64,000 nt of DNA from Hormiphora californensis (lineage: Eukaryota; Animalia; Ctenophora). Both the position numbers and the translations under genes were made by a program. The notes below the pieces were generated by a model, which saw only the letters and a list, made by a program, of their open reading frames with translations, was not told the DNA's origin and did no database searches. Positions 60,860 through 64,000 of the stretch are shown one piece after another. Every line of letters starts with the position of its first letter. Position 1 is the stretch's first letter. The stretch is taken from positions 5,208,001 to 5,272,000 of the forward strand of contig CM035353.1 of the NCBI GenBank assembly GCA_020137815.1, given 5' to 3'.

Positions 60860-63800
60860 GCCTAATACAAAGAGATGGATGTGGGAACGACCGAGCGAGA
60901 GATGGACCTTGATCGCTGATTAACTGTTTGCCTTGAAATATTACCAATATCAGCTTAGTTTAATAGTTACATTTACACTTGTTGTTTAATAGTTACAGCC
61001 GTTGTTGTTTCCGAAGTGGTAGCATACTACCTACCCCTTATCAGTAGAAATGCGGCCTAGAGGATTAAATAGAAATACAGCAGTCTATTCTAGCTGGTTT
61101 TCAGTGATATCATCGAAATTCCGAAACTGATGCAGTACGATATTAAACTTATAATTAGTTATTACCAAATCTGAAATCGGCAATTTCAATTTTGTTTTAG
61201 ACAACCTTCTACTTCTAGTTTTCCTATCCAACGAACAATGTTCGTTGGATAGGAAAACTAGAAGTTCGTCGAACATGCGCTGCCGCTCGGTCTGAAACGG
61301 GCTTGACCCGATATAGGGTTTGAGACCGAGTCAGAAGGGCTTATTTCGCCAAACTCCGTCTAAACGGGCCATTTAAGACATATTTCGACGAAATTGACCC
61401 ACTTGTTGCGTCTCCATTCCGTGTAGATGACGTCTGGCATGGACGACGTATCTAGACTGTCTAGTAAACAAGTTTGCAGCAAAACAATATTTGCCACCAC
61501 CTCAGATCCCAGAATGGCTTACAGATTAGAGATGACTGGTATAAGAATTCTCTTTCCGTTAAAACAATCGTTACCAAGTCTCTCATTTTTATCAGGAACT
61601 GCAGTATAATAGGAGGGGGCCAGGGGCAAAGGTTCGCCCGGGGAGGTTGTGCGGGGTGTACCGTGAGGGGTAAACGGGGGGCGAACCTGGGGGAGGGCGG
61701 GGAGGCGGGGGACCGAGGGGGTTGGCATGGGAGGGGGTAGGGGAGGGCCCTTTAGGCCGGGGGGTCGGGGGATGGGGGGGGGGGGGGCCCCCCCCCACTG
61801 GGGTGGGAAAGGTGGGGGAGGTTGGGAGACCCGACCAAATCGATGAGACTTCAGGCCGATAGCCGAGAGACGGCTCGGAATAGGTGTTCGCCCGCCCCTA
61901 AAAAAGGGTCGTGTTCTTTCAAGCCAAATTGCACGCGATCCACTGGACCGATTTGCATCCGTTTGTCGCAAAAGACTAAAAATTGATCCTTATATATTGG
62001 AAAATACCCGAGAAGTTTGTCTGTCAACAGGAAGAGGGTCAAAATTGACAACTAATCTGACCAATTTCTTATTGGCTTTTGGCCTTTTTGCACACCCCCC
62101 AGACGGTTTGAGGAAGAATTGAGGGTACGAAGAAGGTTTTTAACCGCTTTGGGGGTACTGGAAAATACCCGGCAAAACTGAAAGTAATTGCATCAACATA
62201 TCTCCCAATTCTTTAAAAAACTGGGCAGTGTGCAGAAACTCTCGGAAGCCAGAATTTTAGATTGACTTCAGGTCAATGTGACCCAATTCCTGTTGACAAA
62301 ACAAAAATTTCGGGGGGTTTCCGTATTTGGTTGGTAGTCTTTTGGACAAACGGATGCAATCGTCCCCAGTGGGGTCGCGTTTTTAACATCCTTGAAAGGC
62401 AGAAAAACCTTTTTGAGCGACACCGGGGCAATCTGGTTTTCGGCAAAAGGTTGTTGAAAGTACCAAGGGGGGGGGGGGGGGGGGGGGGTGATCTGAACCC
62501 ATGGTCCATGTCCAGCGATTACCACATTGCGCGCACGGCAATGAAGCACATTGCCGCGCAGAAAACTCCTTGTTGTTGCATCGCGCCCTCCACACAATAC
62601 ACCAAAACCAATCCTATGATGTAGATGTACACAGATTTCGAACTCTTTTAGCTGTACATTCTGCAATTCCTCTTCTAAATGTTATGTGTACATTTACAAG
62701 AAATAACAGAGAGATTTCGGCGGAAAACCATTAGGATCAGTAATTATGCATGATGTCGAACTAATAAAAAATTACTCAATTCTCCGTCAAGTTCAACTAA
62801 TGAATCAACATTGCGTATTTCAAATATTCTTTTCAGACCTTTGGCTTTAATTAGTTATTAATCTTTGTACTTTCTACACGTGCATAATTACGTATGTTAA
62901 GTACAACATTTAGATAGCAATGTTCTTATCTCCATCCATTCAGAATAAATATTCATTAAACCTAGTAAAATAGTAAACCACAGTCTTGCCTTGCTCGGCA
63001 CAAAACACATATCGTCTCTGATGCCGCGGCAATTGCCGAAATCTTCCGGATAATGTAGCGGTACCATCATATCAGATTAACTAACCATATCCGATAGTTG
63101 ATCAGTCATGTGTTAACCGAACTTGCATCATATCAGATTAACTAACCATATCCGATAGTTGATCAGTCATGTGTGAACCGAACTTGCATTGCTTTCACTG
63201 TCGAACTTTATTTCCCCACGCTTTACAACTCCATCCAACCGCCACCAAAAGCAGGTAAGAAAGATTGTTAAGCCCCATGTTATCACCTTACGGGTAACCA
63301 TGGTTACATTATTAGCTGTGTGTGTGTGTGTGTGTGTGGTTGTAGTGGGATTGTCCGGAGCATCCCGGTAAATTGGGTATAAATTGAAACGACAAGTGTA
63401 GGAAGGAGTGCCAATTAACTAACCGTTGTCCAGAGTGCTAGAAAGTATGAATCCTTATCGCAGAACCGGGGGGATGACGGGTCAGTAAAATTGGGAACCA
63501 TACTGGTGAACACCCAGTAACCCCCTGAAATAGATACTATATGTTATCAGTGCTGTCGGGAAGGGTTATTATTATAATTATTAAAGTGGAGGCAAGGGAA
63601 CATATGTTTTGGGTAGCTTTATGGGGAATAATACAGACATAGAATCCTCTCGAGAGAAAAACATATATTTTTTGGGGTGGTGCTATAAATGAGAGAGTTG
63701 TCCACCCCTTACTCAACAAGAGAGCGCAGGAGAGTAGTAAATATGGATTTGTGGAACATTGTTGGAAGGTAGAGAGTGCGTCCAGCTGCTACATTACAGC

Positions 63801-64000
63801 ACACACCCTCAATCCTACATCATAAGACTACGGCCCAAGGGGCTATATATTCTCAACACACATAGAGGGGGATGCGGGTAAACAGAGGGGTTTTGTGGTT
63901 TAGCTTTCTATGGGTCCTTCTAGGAAATTAGAGAAGAGGGGAGAGACCTTGATTTTTTCGGTTGCGAGTTATACCAGAGGTCTCCTCGCTCTTACTCCGA

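Noticed and set aside
61519-62666. Pro-rich ORFs
   Set aside because: They are driven by G/C homopolymer tracts, and no domain could be recognised.

Overview
Repeat-dense, AT-rich animal genomic DNA with spliceosomal introns and no prokaryotic features. An LDLa-repeat GPCR without LRRs and the recurring CAGTCGGACCCCGATTTAG MITE suggest a ctenophore-like genome; that is inference from recollection, not a database match. Two host genes are supportable: the 3' half of a TRPA-like channel (open from the window edge to 1033) and a minus-strand, probably three-exon LDLa-repeat rhodopsin-class GPCR (GRL101-like). Two extra tandem copies of the GPCR's last ~850 bp follow it, joined by 48-bp perfect palindromes. 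The rest is mostly transposon-derived. It includes one intact, very young Mag-type Gypsy LTR retrotransposon, an open internal CR1/L2-group LINE fragment, and decayed Kolobok-, MULE-, Sola- and hAT-like transposase remnants. There are also non-autonomous Helitrons and many nested MITEs with readable target-site duplications. The most striking pattern is pervasive fold-back (hairpin) DNA. Many elements are near-complete palindromes, one family is present both before and after an apparent hairpin-primed fold-back, and two unrelated junction palindromes share the centre CCAGC|GCTGG. All family assignments rest on manual motif recognition; no searches were run.
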